DNA from: Adineta vaga
Taxonomy: Eukaryota; Animalia; Rotifera
Assembly: GCA_021613535.1 (NCBI GenBank)
Contig: CP075492.1
Coordinates: 16,368,001 to 16,432,000 of the forward strand
Reading direction: 5' to 3'
DNA length: 64,000 nt
The notes under the pieces are model-generated. The model was not told the DNA's origin. It was given only the letters and a program-made list of their open reading frames with translations, and made no database searches. The position numbers were made by a program, and so were the translations under genes. This document shows, piece after piece, positions 41,032-55,500 of this stretch. How positions within the stretch are numbered: position 1 is the stretch's first letter; each line of letters opens with the position of its first letter.

Positions 41032-41090
41032 TCTTGAGGGTGTGGGTGTTGCTCAAGATATCTCTTCTTTACTCACACCCACCTTCAAGA
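41032..41090. repeat. Short inverted repeat with telomere-like TGAGGG/TGTGGG arms (family also at 42493, 45629, 48366, 52324)
   Basis: TCTTGAGGGTGTGGGTG...CACACCCACCTTCAAGA. Confidence 0.7.
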
Positions 41091-41222
41091 TTGTTCGTTC
41101 TCTTAAAATTTTATTACCATTTCAATAAAACATCATTTTAAAAACCGAATTACTAGTTAAGAATTAGTTTAAAAATAAGGACACATATATTCTAGAATTA
41201 ATGAGGCATCTAGTTCGTTTAA

Positions 41223-42074
41223 TTAATGAGTATTATCGATTGTTTTTTTCATTAAATGTAAATGTATTATCCATTTAACAATGATCATTTGATTTTCAAT
41301 AGTATTGTTAATATCATTTGTTGATTCGTTATAACATTGGACCAAATTATTCATAAATATTTTTAATAATTCTTTTAATTTATCTTCTCCATAAATTTCC
41401 CGATATTTTTGACATGGACTCCATGTTTCAATAAAATTGACAAATTGAAGAATAGACATTTCTCGTTGATATTCAATAATATGTTTGATTCTTGTTTGTT
41501 GGTATGGAAATTTATCAAGTATAGATTCATATTGATTTATTACTAAATATGCTCGATCACTCCAACAATTATTAAGATCATTTTGACAAAAATTATTTAT
41601 TATTTCATTAGCCTTCAAATTATTTAATGATGGCATACCAGTACCCCAAATACTTAAAACACCACCGTTTGGTTTTAGAATACGATTAACTTGTTGAAAA
41701 AATGTTTCAATATCAAACCAATGTAATGCTGTTGCTACTGTTACAAGATCAATAGAATTTGATGGTAGAAATGTTAAATTTTCTGCATTTGAACAATGAT
41801 ATTCGATATTATCTTTGAATGAAGCTTGTTTTAATTGATTCTCACTACCATCAATACCAATTACATGATGACAATAAGAACTTAAATCAATTGTAGCTTG
41901 TCCACTACCACAAGCAATATCGACAGCTAATGGAATTTTTTGATTAATTTCATCAGTATCGGTTTTATTGAAATAAAATTCCAATATTCGATGATAAAGT
42001 TCTTTTGGATACCCCGGACGACATGCTTTATAAATTGTTGTATGATTTGATTCAACAAATAATGGATAATTCAT
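41223..42074 (-). CDS. Class I SAM-dependent methyltransferase (Methyltransf_11 type), intronless
   Basis: Y..CRPGYP, AVDIACGSGQAT (motif I), IGIDGSENQL, DLVTVATALHWFD, RILKPNGG. Confidence 0.9.
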   Translation of the reverse strand: MNYPLFVESNHTTIYKACRPGYPKELYHRILEFYFNKTDTDEINQKIPLAVDIACGSGQATIDLSSYCHHVIGIDGSENQLKQASFKDNIEYHCSNAENLTFLPSNSIDLVTVATALHWFDIETFFQQVNRILKPNGGVLSIWGTGMPSLNNLKANEIINNFCQNDLNNCWSDRAYLVINQYESILDKFPYQQTRIKHIIEYQREMSILQFVNFIETWSPCQKYREIYGEDKLKELLKIFMNNLVQCYNESTNDINNTIENQMIIVKWIIHLHLMKKTIDNTH

Positions 42075-43076
42075 ATTTATTCAATAGTTTTGTTTGATGT
42101 ACCAGATCTATTATGAAAAGTTATTTCGAACAAGATAAGACGAAAAACATGAGAGAAGCTATTCTTTAAAGGTTATCTCGCGTACGGTAAAATGCATACT
42201 TTTTTTACACGTCCAAATAATGAAATAATGACTTAGAGATATTTTATGGACGCGCCAATAATAAGAAAATACTAGAAATTATTCTTTTTATCTTTAAAAA
42301 GAAAAGATTATTTCACTAAATAACTGAAATATCTACTAATATAAAAATAACTAGCTGCTTTTGTTTTTCGTAGATCGACAGTAGAGTTCGCCACAAGATA
42401 GGATTCATTTTAATTAGATTACTATATGATATAAATCTATTGATCAGATTAGATATCTTTATACAAAAATCATTTGAATTCGAGTAAATGTAGGTGTGGG
42501 TGTGGGAGTTTTGATTGAACGTGTATCCTCAACCACACCCACACCCACCCTATATAGAATATATATATATATATATATATAGAGGGAGAGAAAACAAAAA
42601 AAAGGAAGAAATATATTCCATTTATCATATTATTTTCATCGATATATAAAAATGATTATAGAATGTTAATATCGTCAATATTTTTTAATTTAAAGACTTT
42701 AAAACTCAAAATAAAAGTAAGTTTTACGTTTCATCTCGAAAATATCTTAATTTATATTAAACTTATAGTATGTTTTTACCAATAGTGCCAAACTCAAAAA
42801 TTGAATTCAACTATTCAAGTTTTCCAACGTTGAACTGTATATCCATCACATCCTTTCCATGAGATTCATTTTCGAGTCTAGTCTTTGATATTTCAAATTG
42901 AATTTGCAACATATTTTACCATAAAAACAAAAAATCACTATATTAAAGAGATCAAGACAATACTATCCAATGACTTCGTGCTCATTATTTGTAGTTATTA
43001 TATATTTTCATTTCTTTTTGAGAAACTTTGAAAGTTTAATTTGTATATGTTTTAGATTTACTTCCTTTTGCATAAA

Positions 43077-43513
43077 ATGATATTTTCAAAAAAATCAATC
43101 ATTTTCTATTTGTTAATGATTATAATAATGGTAAAAAGACATACAATCAGATTTACCACCTGGTTGTAGTTGTTATAATGGCACTGATGGTATTTTTCCT
43201 CGTAACTGTAACTTTCCTGGCTGTAGTCGTGGTAATAATGATGATTGTAATTCTATGACTGTCCATAATAGTAACAATTACCGTATCAAATTTCGTAGCA
43301 GTAGCTATGATGTTCATGACTGTAATTGTCCCGGTTTTAGTTACAATAGTGGTACTAGTACTGCGGTAATAATGCTGTTTCTACTGTTACAAGTGATACT
43401 CCTATAAGTACTTATTATCATTACACAAATTGCAGTAAGATTGATGTTAGTCCTCGTGCTGTTGCTTGTTACACATTATCATGAACTGATAGTAATAGCA
43501 CACTCTCAAGATG
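43077..43513 (+). pseudogene. Degenerate small secreted Cys/Asn/Ser-rich protein
   Basis: Signal-like MIFSKKSIIFYLLMIIIMV, a frameshift in an A-run at ~43135, then DLPPGCSCYNG...CNFPGCSRG...CNCPG, with further disruptions. Confidence 0.4.
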
Positions 43514-43575
43514 AAGTTTTCACATTTATTCTTTATTATTTAATTGAAACAAATGAAAATGAAATGGAAAATAAT

Positions 43576-45461
43576 TCATTTTTGTCCGTGTTCTTCAACC
43601 TTTCGTTTGTTCTCAAACATAATTTTATTTAATAATAAAATTTCTTCAATCTTTTTCGATTTATTTTGATGTTCATATAAAAATTGTATGACTTGATTGT
43701 CTAATGTATCATTTTCATTAATAATTTGTTGAAGTTGATTGAAATATTGTTCTTGTAATGTACAAATATAAAGTACAGCAAGACAACAATGATGAATTGT
43801 TTCATTTTGAATTCCTTTAATTAAAAATTCTTTTACTTTTTCATCATGATCTAAAATATAAATCGATTTAAAAAAACAAATATTTTCAATATAAAGAGAA
43901 CATATTTTATCTTACGATAAAAAGATGCCAATGTTAAACAAGATTGTTTAATTAATCTTGATATTTGTATTGATGAGAATAATTCACCATCAGATGAATC
44001 AAGATCATCATTTTTATATTTAATTGGTTTTTCAATAAATTCAATTAAAACAGGTATAGCTCTTGGATCTTCTAATTTACCAAAAAGAAATGGAATATTC
44101 ATTGGATAATGAAAATTTGTCTAAGAAAACAATGAAAAATAAAACGAATTTTAACAAAATGTTTTAAATAAAACTTACATCTTTATATAATAATTTTGTT
44201 AAAATTTCAAATATTTTTGGATGTTTCATTGAAACTAATACATTAGCTGTACCTTTTATTGTACAAGTACTTGAACAATTTTCAATAAGATATAATAAAA
44301 TGAATTGAAGAAAATCTTTTTGTTCATTAATTAATTGAATTCCACGTAATTCAAGTTGATTAAATGCTTCATCATCGATTTGACCATGATAATGATGATA
44401 ACAAATTGAAGCTAAAAATTCCGTTGATCTTCTTGAAAAATCATTACCTAATTTTGTTTTAATACATTCAACTCCTTGATTTGATTGAATTTCATTTAAA
44501 ATTGTTAAATTTTCGTCATTTAATTGAATATTTTGACAAAAATTTGGTATCCAAGAATAAAATTTATATTTTTGATTATATTCTAACGCTTTTTCTTTCT
44601 CATTTTTTTCTTCAAAATAATCTGCCATCATTTTATAAGCTTGAACACATTTCTGATCAGTTCCAATTGCTTGTTCTAATCGTTTATAAGCCAAATCTTT
44701 CTTTCCTTGTTTCCACAAACATACAGCAGCATTGTAAATCCATTCAACTTTACCATAATTCTATATTATATATAGAAAATGAAAAGTAATTTTAATATTA
44801 ATATATTTGATGATACTTTACATGAAATCCTTCTTCATAAATTTCAATAGCTTCATCAAAATGTTCTTGCTGAGAAAGAACAGAAGCGAATTCAGTTTGA
44901 ATTTTCATTTTAGTTTGAGAAAGATGTTCAGGAAGTTTTTCTAAAACTTGTCGATAATATTTGAGAGATTTTTCAAATTGATTTTTGATCCATTCTTGTT
45001 TTTCATTTTCATTCATTTTCGTTGGAATAAAACAAACATTTCGATATGTACGAGAAAATCCTGGTCCATCTTTATCTATAGTCAAATTAAATTATATTAA
45101 AATATTAAATTAATAAAAAAAAACCTTGTTGAAATAAACTTCTTGCTATTTTAATCGAAAGATTAAGCCAATAAACCAATTCTTCATCATTCATTCCATC
45201 AATTTTATTTTCTAAATTTTCTAAACTATTTTCCCATGCTTGAACACCTTTAACATGTTCTCCGAGATAATTTAAATTGTTTCCGAGAAGATCGTAGGCT
45301 TTATAAATAGCATCATCATTTGGATAACTATCGATTAATACTTCCAGATCATTTATTGATTGTTTATACTTTCCTAATTGAGAATTTGCTTCAATTTCAT
45401 TTAATTTATTTTCCATTCGATTCAAAAACACTGTTTTTATCTCAATGGGCAAAGTTGACAA
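43576..45461 (-). CDS. TPR-repeat plus HEAT-like repeat protein, ~5 exons
   Basis: TPR-like helices (AYDLLGNNLNYLGEHVKGVQAWENSL; AYKMMADYFEEKNEKEKALEY) and HEAT-like LFGKLEDPRAIPVLIEF. The start codon is unclear. Confidence 0.7.
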
Positions 45462-46080
45462 TATGCATTAGAATTTGAGAGCTGTTCTTTTATATATGAG
45501 TTTTCAAGTGTCAATAAAGAAAAACTCTTTTCGACGAAATATGTTATCAACGTATGTTGGACTTTTTCAAATTATTTTATTCGTTGATATGAGAACATAA
45601 ATAATGTCATAAGGTTTTATTCTCGAACTTGAGGGTGTGGGTGTGGGTGCGTGTGAAGAAGATGTACCCTCACCCATCCTCAGAAGATAAAAAAAAATGT
45701 GATTAAGAAATCAAACTCAAATTAGAAATATTAATTTAGGTGTTAGTTTTTGAATATTTGTTTTGTTTTGTTTTTAATTGATGAAATAAATTTTTTATTG
45801 AAATAAATAAAACATAATCTGATTTCTGAGAAGAGAAAACGTATCAAAAGATTGAGAGAAAAAATGAAATATTCAAGTGTTCAATTTTTTTATCCAACAT
45901 CCATTATGATCTAGAATCTTCATCACTACTTTTGAACTATTCTAAGGAATTAAGAAAAAAAACAACAACCAGTTCTGTTGCTCTGTAAGAAAAAGACATA
46001 TTTAAGGACTTCAATGATTTTATTTTTGCTCGATATTAAAACATAATCATCAAAAAGTATTTAATCACATAAGACTTATT

Positions 46081-47582
46081 TTAATCAACATCAACAGAGA
46101 ATTTCTGTACTCGATGATTATCTTTATCAACAACATAAATATTATTTTCTCGATCGAATACCATATCTTTTGGACCATTAAGTTGATTTTCTAGAATTCC
46201 GAATCCATTTCCACCAATAACTTTTTCACCTTTTTCACATTCTTTGCACCAACGCATTATTCGACTATTATCTCCATCAACTACATAAACATTATCTAAA
46301 TCATCAACAAATATTCCTTGAGGATATATCAACTGTTTAGAATCATTTCCAAAACCATGTCCGCCAGCAACAATACTATTGTATGACATATCTTTCATTT
46401 GCTTTATAACTTGATGATTACCCCAATCTGAGAGGTAAATTGAATCATTTTTATCAATAAAAATATAAGAAGGTTGATTAAATCGATCTGTATTATTGTA
46501 TCCATTTGTAATCAATGTTCCATCTGTATCATTTTCACTATATCGTCTTATTTCTGACATGCCGTAGTTAACAACATAAAGATTTCGTTGGCTATCTATG
46601 GCTAAAGACCAACAATCAATATACGAAATAATAATTTGTGGTGTTGTATGCTTTTGACGAAACCATCGTACTATTCGTCTGTTTCCTTTGTCACAAATGA
46701 TAAGAGAATCATCCTTTTCATCAAAGACTACATCTGTTGGTTGATTTAATTGATATATACTCGATCCAATGTAGTTTCCGCCTGCAATAACTCGGCCTTC
46801 GATTGCGTTGGATCTCCATTCCATAATTCGATGATTATCATAATCCGTAACATAAATCAATTGATCATTATCCTCTTGAAGAATATCAATACCATATGGA
46901 TTCGCCAACTGCTTTAATTCATCACCTCGACCATGTCCTCCTGCAACAGTCATCGCATTTTGCATCCATTTGACATTGATATCATTGTGAACAGAAGTGA
47001 CCATTTGTTCTGCAATAAAAATATTATATGGTAAAATTGATTAACTACATATTTCGAAACGTTTTTAAATCGGATTTATATCATTCTTTTATGGTCCTCT
47101 GTTATCTTTCCAGATCAATATGTGTACATAGGATCCTATCGAACACACTATCTCGAGATGTCTTTATTAAGAAATCATTTTCAACTAACAATTCGTTTCA
47201 TTTCATTTCATTTTATAAAACCATACCTTTTGTTAATGTTGTTATTGTTAATCTTGATGATGTTTGTATCACTGATGGCATGGAATCTGTTGATACCTCA
47301 TCTATTGTTGATGTTGGTATTACGAATGACGTGGAATCTGTTGATATCGTATATGTTGTTGATGTTTTTGTAGTACTTTCATTCTTTACTAAAACGATAA
47401 CTGTTGGAATAGTAATGATTAATATAATAGTTATGCAAAACAACATAATGCATGTAATTCTTTTTCTTCGAAAACGTTCTCGCCTAAAATAATACTTCAA
47501 TTTTATCAATAAATCCTATTCATGATTATACATACAATGTTCGAATTGGAATAACTGATGATTCTGTTGTGTTATGATTCAT
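46081..47582 (-). CDS. Membrane-anchored NHL-repeat (beta-propeller) protein with Thr-rich stalk, 3 exons
   Basis: TM segment CIMLFCITIILIITIPTVIVLV; repeated VAGG.G.G...QL..P.GI.VD..NIYVVD..NHRI motifs. Confidence 0.9.
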
Positions 47583-48777
47583 AGGCAAGATATTGTTTTA
47601 TGAAACCAAAAATCGACAAAAAAAAAAGATTCAGTGTTAATAACTTTATATAAGCCTTACATAATAGTTTTATGGTCGGTAAATGAATAGTATCTCGTTC
47701 TATTTTAACTCTACACAGTTATTAAACGTTTTTTTCAAAATAATTTTCCTTGTTCTTTACTAATACCTCCATATGCTACTAAAAACTAATTAGTAAGTTT
47801 GCGCATTTGTCTCAATCAAACAGAATTTAAATTTACTTCCATATGGTATTGTTGAAATTTGCTTGAAATTATTATCTACGCCACATATATTAACACCATC
47901 AGCCCAAAAAAATACAAAAAAAAGTAAAGAGACATGCAAGAGAAACGTAAATATTACATAAGTAAATAATTATTTCAATCGAAATATCAAACAATTAAAT
48001 CTATATTCAGATTCAAATAATATTCTATTCACAAATGATAAAATAACAAGAAAATTTTGTGAAATCTTTTCAAATCTTGAACAACTTTCATGTGCGATGA
48101 AAGAACAACGTTACCTCGGTAGTTTCATTAAATCAATTATCGAAATTATCCATGGGACAAGTTTCTTTCTGTAGTTCGAATTTCGCGGCTTACTCGAAAA
48201 TTCCCGTAGATTTACAATAATTTCAAAAGGAAGTAGAAAAACTAAATATGTTACTTCGTATTAGTCATCATGAATCCATAGATAATACGGAATATATTTC
48301 TTCGGTTTCGCACACAATTATTTTAACTATTTGGATTGATAATAGTTTAAAATCATATTGAGTTTTGAGTGTGGGTATGGTTTAAAAGAAAGAATCTTTA
48401 CCCACATCCACACCCTAGTGAAAGGAAAGAACTATAGTATGAATTTATTTATTGAATTCGATAAACCTTTTGATGTTTTTTATTCATAAAATATTTTGAA
48501 AATAGAATCTCGTTCTATTGCAACTAATCTATGTGTTAAATAAATTCTGAATCATGACAAAATGATAATCCTCTTTTAAATATCTAATCTTTTCTAGTAA
48601 TCACAAACTTCTATTTGATCAACATATTGCGATGAAAAGTATCACTATGTCAAGTTTTTTTATGACAAATATTGTTAAGCTATCATTATCATTCTCATTG
48701 GAGATTATCGTAAGTTATCTCTTGTAAGCATTTTATCTATCTACACAATACTAACGATGGTATTGACATTGAAGCGT

Positions 48778-49649
48778 ATGATTGTATTCTTCTTTACTCT
48801 CTGTTTTACTGTCGTCGTCCAAAAGAACCGAATAATTTGACCCGAGATAATAGCCCAATAGAATGTGAAGAGAATGGTGGACGACTACATCAGTTTAGTG
48901 AAATAATGTCAAAGAATATTTCTGTCAGTACAATTCTACATCAATGGAAATCTGGTCTCGAAGGAGTCGAACAGTACTTACATTATCTCAGAAATTCCTC
49001 TGAATCAGATGGATATCTTTGAGAATGTCTTTATTCATCAAGTTGTTTCCATTAGTAATATTGCTTTACCTTTGTTAATTAATCTCTGTTCAACATTAAC
49101 CATTATGAGTATTGTTATCAAAAACAAAATGAACATTCGCATGACTATGAACTGTAAGTTTCGGTTTTTTTTCCTGGCGTCTTAAATGAATCACAAGTTT
49201 TTCTTCTGCTTATAGTAAACAACAATGAGATTCGTACTCGTAAAACTGTTCTTCACAATGTATTGATTGAAAATCGAGAAATGATTAGCCGACCTGCAGT
49301 CACACTTGTTCCATCCATTTTTTCGCTTTTTTCTTTGCCATTATTTATCATTTCTTTATCCTTGGGTTGTCAAAATTTAGAAAATGATTCTCTTCGACAT
49401 ATTTTAATAGTATTCTATTTCCTTACTTTTATTCCTCAAATTGTCATGTTTCATATTTACATTTATCCATCATCCTATTATTGGAAACAATGGCAATCTA
49501 CTAAAATCAATCAACAAATGATTGCTTTTCGACAAAATTTATGTTTTAAGAAGAACACCAAGTCTCTTTCGATGATCTACGATCAAAAAACAGAAAATAT
49601 CATTTCCGCAGTTCAGAGTAAAGATGTAAGAGAACTCACATCTAACTGA
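48778..49649 (+). pseudogene. Internally deleted remnant of a large-ectodomain rhodopsin-type GPCR
   Basis: An N-terminal fragment with stops is joined directly to TM5-TM7-like segments (LPLLINLCSTL...FSLPLFIISLSLGC...FIPQIVMFHIYIYPSSYY). Confidence 0.55.
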
Positions 49650-50016
49650 TCAATATGGGCGTAGGAGCGATTGATCAGGTTAGAGAAATACTCACTTCAT
49701 TTTGTTTTTCACAACGATACATGTTTTTAATTTAATTTTTTTTTGTTAAAAAGGAAAATAAAGATAAAAATCTTTCGGATAAGTCTAGTCTTTAAAGTTG
49801 TCTACAATTGGGTGAGGATGTTATTGAAGAACGATTAGTTAACAAGTGAGAGAAAAAAATCGATTGAAGTTGAACTTAGTCAATTTTTATTTTTTAGTTC
49901 AATGTCACCTCATTGTTCAAATAGATATCTTTCCAATTGTCAACGATACACATTTTCTTTTTTTAACTGATAATACTTTATAACGTATTTTAGTTTAGTA
50001 CTTTCTTATATGTTCA

Positions 50017-51822
50017 TCAATCTTCATCACTTGCAGAGGAAATAGCATTTCGTTTAAAATGCCAGACGAATCTATTAATATCACCATCCAAACGAGGTGG
50101 TTCAACATCCTCACTAGTACACCGAAAATCTTGGTTAACTATATGTGAATAGTCACGAAACCACGATCTTTCAAAATCACGTGAAACATAATATTGTGTA
50201 AAGCATACTGCAATGTTTGATAACTTTGATAAGGAGCGAATTAACGTTATAAACTCGGATCCCTGCTTCAAATCGCATTCTAATTCTTCCAGTTCGGAAA
50301 ACGTTTCATAAAACTGTTCAAATGAATAATGTTGAGAGAATAAAACATCATACCCATTGCTCAATAAAAATAAACCTTTAATCTTGTTTTTTAAACTTCA
50401 ACACACTTGAGCATCAGTACACAAGAATCGAAACATACATAGATCGATTGTCAACGATGAAATATTCGGAGTTTCATTTAATAATCTTATCATTACTGAC
50501 GATGATTCCAATGAATAATTTCTACCAATCCAAAGATCAGTGACATTACATAAACAAACCATTGATGTCAAAGATTCAATATGTTTATGACGTAAAACGT
50601 AATTTAATCTAGAACGCGACGTTGTATCTTCGTTCAATTTCAAAAGCGTAATATTCGAGAAATTGTGAGAACTTGGTTTTTCCAATACTTCATATGGAAC
50701 CGATATTTGAGTAACAGAATTGAATATAGATGTTGTATCATTTGATTGTAAAGAATAGTGTTAAGTTGAAAAAGATAACTTGTGATGATTACATGGATAA
50801 GGAATTGTATGGACAAGAATTGATGATGTCGAATATTCACATCGAACTATCCGTTGATGTTCTTTTATCCAGAAATCATCTTGAAATCGTTGGAATTTGG
50901 GAAGATAATTTGCTTTGATAGAGTTAGATGTTGTGTCAGAAATCGAACATTGAAACTGAAAATTAGTTAAATAAATCAATGAGGAACGAATCAATCTCTT
51001 CCATTGATCAGCATCGAGCATTTCACTTGCTCTTTCCGCAATAATAGTGAGAACTTTCAGATTAGGAGTACATTGAAGAAGGTATTCAATCAAACAAAAA
51101 CGCATAGCATAGCCTTGCATACATAATCGTTTAAGTTGTATTGTGGAACATTTTTGCAAATCTTCTAGTTCTTTCTCAATGTAAAATGAGTGTTTCACTT
51201 GAAGAGAATTGATGTGAAAATCTCTTAGTTCTGTTGCACATTGAAAAATTACCATTATTTGATGAATTGTAGTCGAAGAAAGTGTTAAACTTGTTGTAAA
51301 CCATTGTTCAGCGAACATAGGATGATCATCACGAAAGTAAGGGATCGATAATCGTTTTATATTTGACAAACAGACATCATTTGGTATATCGAAGTTAAAA
51401 TTTTCACATGTGTCCAATACGAAGCAATTAAGATTGGGGGAAAGTGACTCAAGAATATCTCTGATGTCATTTGCGCCATATTGACTACAATCGATTCCTC
51501 TTAAAATCAATGATTTAAGAGAAGAAAATTCATTAAATGAAAAATAAGATACAAATATTTCTACTTGTTGTAATTTTTTTTCATCAGATAAATGTAACGA
51601 ATGAACTTTTTGTTTGATTAACGGATTTTCCTTCATCATGAGACAAAACTGATCAATATTGAAGTTTGAAACATTTGTAAAATTTTAATTTAATTTAATC
51701 GATCCAAGTAATGACGAAAATCGAATATTGAGATGATCGAATGCGTGAAATAAATCCCAAGCATTTAAATATTTGAAACATTCGATGAGAATTTCATTGG
51801 GAAGAGTTTCCAATGTACACAT
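50017..51822 (-). pseudogene. F-box/LRR protein, disrupted by stops and frameshifts
   Basis: F-box MCTLETLPNEILIECFKYLNAWDLFHAFDHLNIRF, followed by LRR-like segments split over ORFs 50761-51639, 50398-50685 and 50017-50364. Confidence 0.8.
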
Positions 51823-52563
51823 TGTAGGAAATATTTTATATCAATATAAAGAAAAATTACAACTAACGATATTGAATTTAACCACTGAGATATAGATATT
51901 CAGTGGGTTTCTTTTGTTTCGCTGGACGACATTACGATTACATATTTTTGTATATAAAAGCCATGTGCGATTGAAATAAAACGTAAGATTAATTATAAAA
52001 CAGAAGGGAAAAAAAACCAAACAGCGCACTATTTTATTCTTTTATGACTTCAATCTTGTGTGTTTCATACCGAAATATCTTATCAGTATTTAATGTTATC
52101 TCATAAAAATTTTAGTAATAAAGCGATGTTTTATATAAAATAAATGAAGTATCATTTGAATTCTATATGAGTCCCTTATGGTTTGATTTTCAGCTCCAAG
52201 TGAATATGAAATTAGTCCTCCACTCAAATGGACATTAGAAAAATGTCGATATCTATTTTGCGCATTTGAACTGCAAGAAACGCCTTTTTGATATAATAAA
52301 GATAAAACTATGAATTTAGAAAAGAGGGTGTGGGTGAGGACTAGCTAATCATCTGCACTCAACCACACCCTCAAGATTCTCCTAAATGCAGGCCATAATT
52401 GTACACATGAAACTCCTTAAACAAGTATCATAATTGTTAATTAAAGATATTTATTCTTTTATCTTTCAATAAAATTTACAAGTAGAAAAGTATAGGATAA
52501 AGATGAGAATTTAAATATGAGTGTTTCCCAAGCAGGTTCTCACACACATTCTCGCACTTAAAA

Positions 52564-55500
52564 TCATTGAGATTTTTCAGTATTCATCCATAAGTGATAA
52601 TAATCATGTTTTTGTTCCAGTAAACTTTCATGAGATCCTTGTTCTGACATGCGACCACGATTAAATACAAAAATTTGATCACAATGCTGAATAGTTGTTA
52701 AACGATGTGCAATAGTCAATGATGTTTGATTTGGAACAGATTTTTGGACATTATCAAGTGCTTGTTGAACGAACTAAGAAAAACAAGTAAATAAAAACAT
52801 CTTCTTTTCATTTAGATCTCTTACTTTTTCGGATATATTATCAAGAGCAGAAGTAGCTTCATCACATAGAAAGAGAATTGGTTTACGAAGAAGAGCTCGT
52901 GCAATTGCAACACGTTGTCGTTCACCTCCACTCAATTGTGAACCTTTTGAGCCACATATTGTTTCATAACCCTATATAATAATAAACAAAGTTAGAATTA
53001 TTCAGACGTAACAACTTACCTTTGGCATATTAACAATAACATCATGTATATTCGCAAGTTTTGAAACATGATAAATTTCTTCATCAGTCACTTTTCTTTC
53101 CAATTGACCATAAGCAATATTATCTCGTATACTTAGATTAAACAGAATAGGTTCTTGTTGAACAACACTAATAATAGATCGCAACCATTGAAGATTGTAA
53201 TCACGTAAATCATGACCATCGAGTAAGATAGAACCTTTCTGAGGATCATAATATCGAAGAAGAAGACTAATAGCAGTTGATTTACTATATAAGTATATAC
53301 GTATATATAGAGATAAACATATTTCTTTCATTCGAAATATTTACCCATAACCAGATTTGCCAACCAATGCAGATGACGTATGTGGTAAACAAGTATAGGA
53401 ACAATCTCGTAATACTAACTTTTTCTGACGCATTGGATACGAAAAATACACATTCTTGAATTCAATTTTACCTTTAATCTGATCAGCTGGCTATTAGTAA
53501 TAACAAAACTAAGAAAAACTATCTTATAAACAAGGATATCTTACCAATATGATACCTTTATTCATACTAATAGAAGGATCAATAGATGATTGTCGTTTAA
53601 TCAATGAAAATATTCGTATAGCTGCTGTTCGAGCTTTTGAATATTGAGGCATCATTGAAAGACTTTGACCAACTGCGGTAACAGCAAAAGTAATAACAAT
53701 AAATATTCTAAAGCAAAACAAATAGTATTCAAAATTTCTGTGTAATTTCATTTCTACCGAAAAACTTGATCGACATTCATTTCACCATTTTCAACCAATT
53801 TTGAACCGTATGTAAATGTTGTAATATGTAAAAAGAAAATTAAAGAATTCGATATACCATAACCAATAGCTCGCAGATGAATTTTTGAAAGAATAGCACT
53901 AAATTACGATGAATTAAAACAACATTCTACATCAAAAAAAGTACTTACGAAAAATTATTATTAAATGCATTTTCAAACTTTTCAATAAAATAATCTTCAC
54001 ATCCAAGTGTCACAACTGTACGTATTTTATTGAACACTTCGGCAGCACACTATATTATATTAAACCAATAACAAATATGTGTAGCAAAGAAAATTATATG
54101 AACCTGTGCTCCTTGATCAGCCCAATTATTTGCTGATTTTGTTTTACCCGATTTTGACTGACTTTGTCCTTGTAGAAGACCAGAAAGAACCATTAACGGA
54201 GCAAAACAAAACATAACAAATGATAATTTCCATCCTGCTTGAAATGAGATAATAATAGCTGTCAATAGAGAACCAAATGCTTGTAAGGTTACTCCTATTC
54301 GAATGCCTGATAGACCCTATATAAAGAAGCATTTGTATCTAATCGATCATGTATAGTATTTTTACTTTCAATGCTGATGCATCTGCCGAAAGTCGCGTAG
54401 TTAAAGCACTAACGGAATTTTGTCCCATATCAAAAAAGCCGATTTCTTGTCGAAGTATTGCTGAAAAACACATTAGACGCATACGTTTAGTCAATCGTTC
54501 TCCTGAGACAGCAAATGCCCATATCATAGTCCATATAAACACTCCATCGATTAGATGTAAGAAGAAAATGATTAAAGCAAGATTACGTGTTTGTCGAGTT
54601 TGATTCTCAAGATCAGTATTTGCATATTGATGATAAACAGATGAAAATACGATACCAACTACGGGTTCAGTTGCACCAACTAGCATAGCAGCAATTATAC
54701 CAATGACAATATATATCCATTCTGGTCGATTGAAGTTAAGTAAACGAATAACTAAAGATCGATGATTACAAAAATATCTTCTAATCGTTTTCTGTTTGTC
54801 AATGGATTGTTTATTGATATCTTCCATCAATTGAAGTTCATCGATATGTATTGAACTTGATGATGACGTTGTTCTCACTAAGAATAAAGAAGTTTTATTA
54901 GGAATTATCAATTTCATATAGATTGATACTTACAATTATTATTATTATTATTTGGTTCATGTTCAGTAGGAATTTCTGTATGTAAAGTCAGTTCCTGTGC
55001 TTTGACCAATTCGAAATAGTGATTTTTATTATCCATAAGTTGATTATGTGTACCAATTTCAACAATGCCTAGATTTTGTTTCATAGTGAAGATTAAATCA
55101 GCATTACGAATAGTGGAAAGACGATGAGCTATAATAATTGTCGTACGACCTAGTTTAGCTTGATTTAGAGCTTGTTGAACAATTCGTTCACTAGTATTAT
55201 CTATAATAACATACAAAAAACATCTGTAATCAACAGAAATCTATTTTAGTATATACCTAATGCTGAAGTTGCTTCGTCCAGAAGAAGAATTTTTGGATTG
55301 GCAATAAGTGCTCGTGCAATAGCTAGACGTTGTCGTTCACCACCAGACAATTTTTCATCAACGATGGTATTGTAGTTCTATTTATTCATGAGAAAAGAAA
55401 GCATAATCGTTATCAAATATTATAGAAATATACAAGGATTATACTTGATCAAGTTTATTCATTATAAATTCATGAATATTTGCCATTTGACAAGCTTGAA

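Noticed and set aside
33849-42074. M28 peptidase and methyltransferase as tailoring genes of the NRPS cluster
   Set aside because: They are 16-24 kb from the NRPS and separated by unrelated genes. Linkage is unsupported without synteny or expression data.
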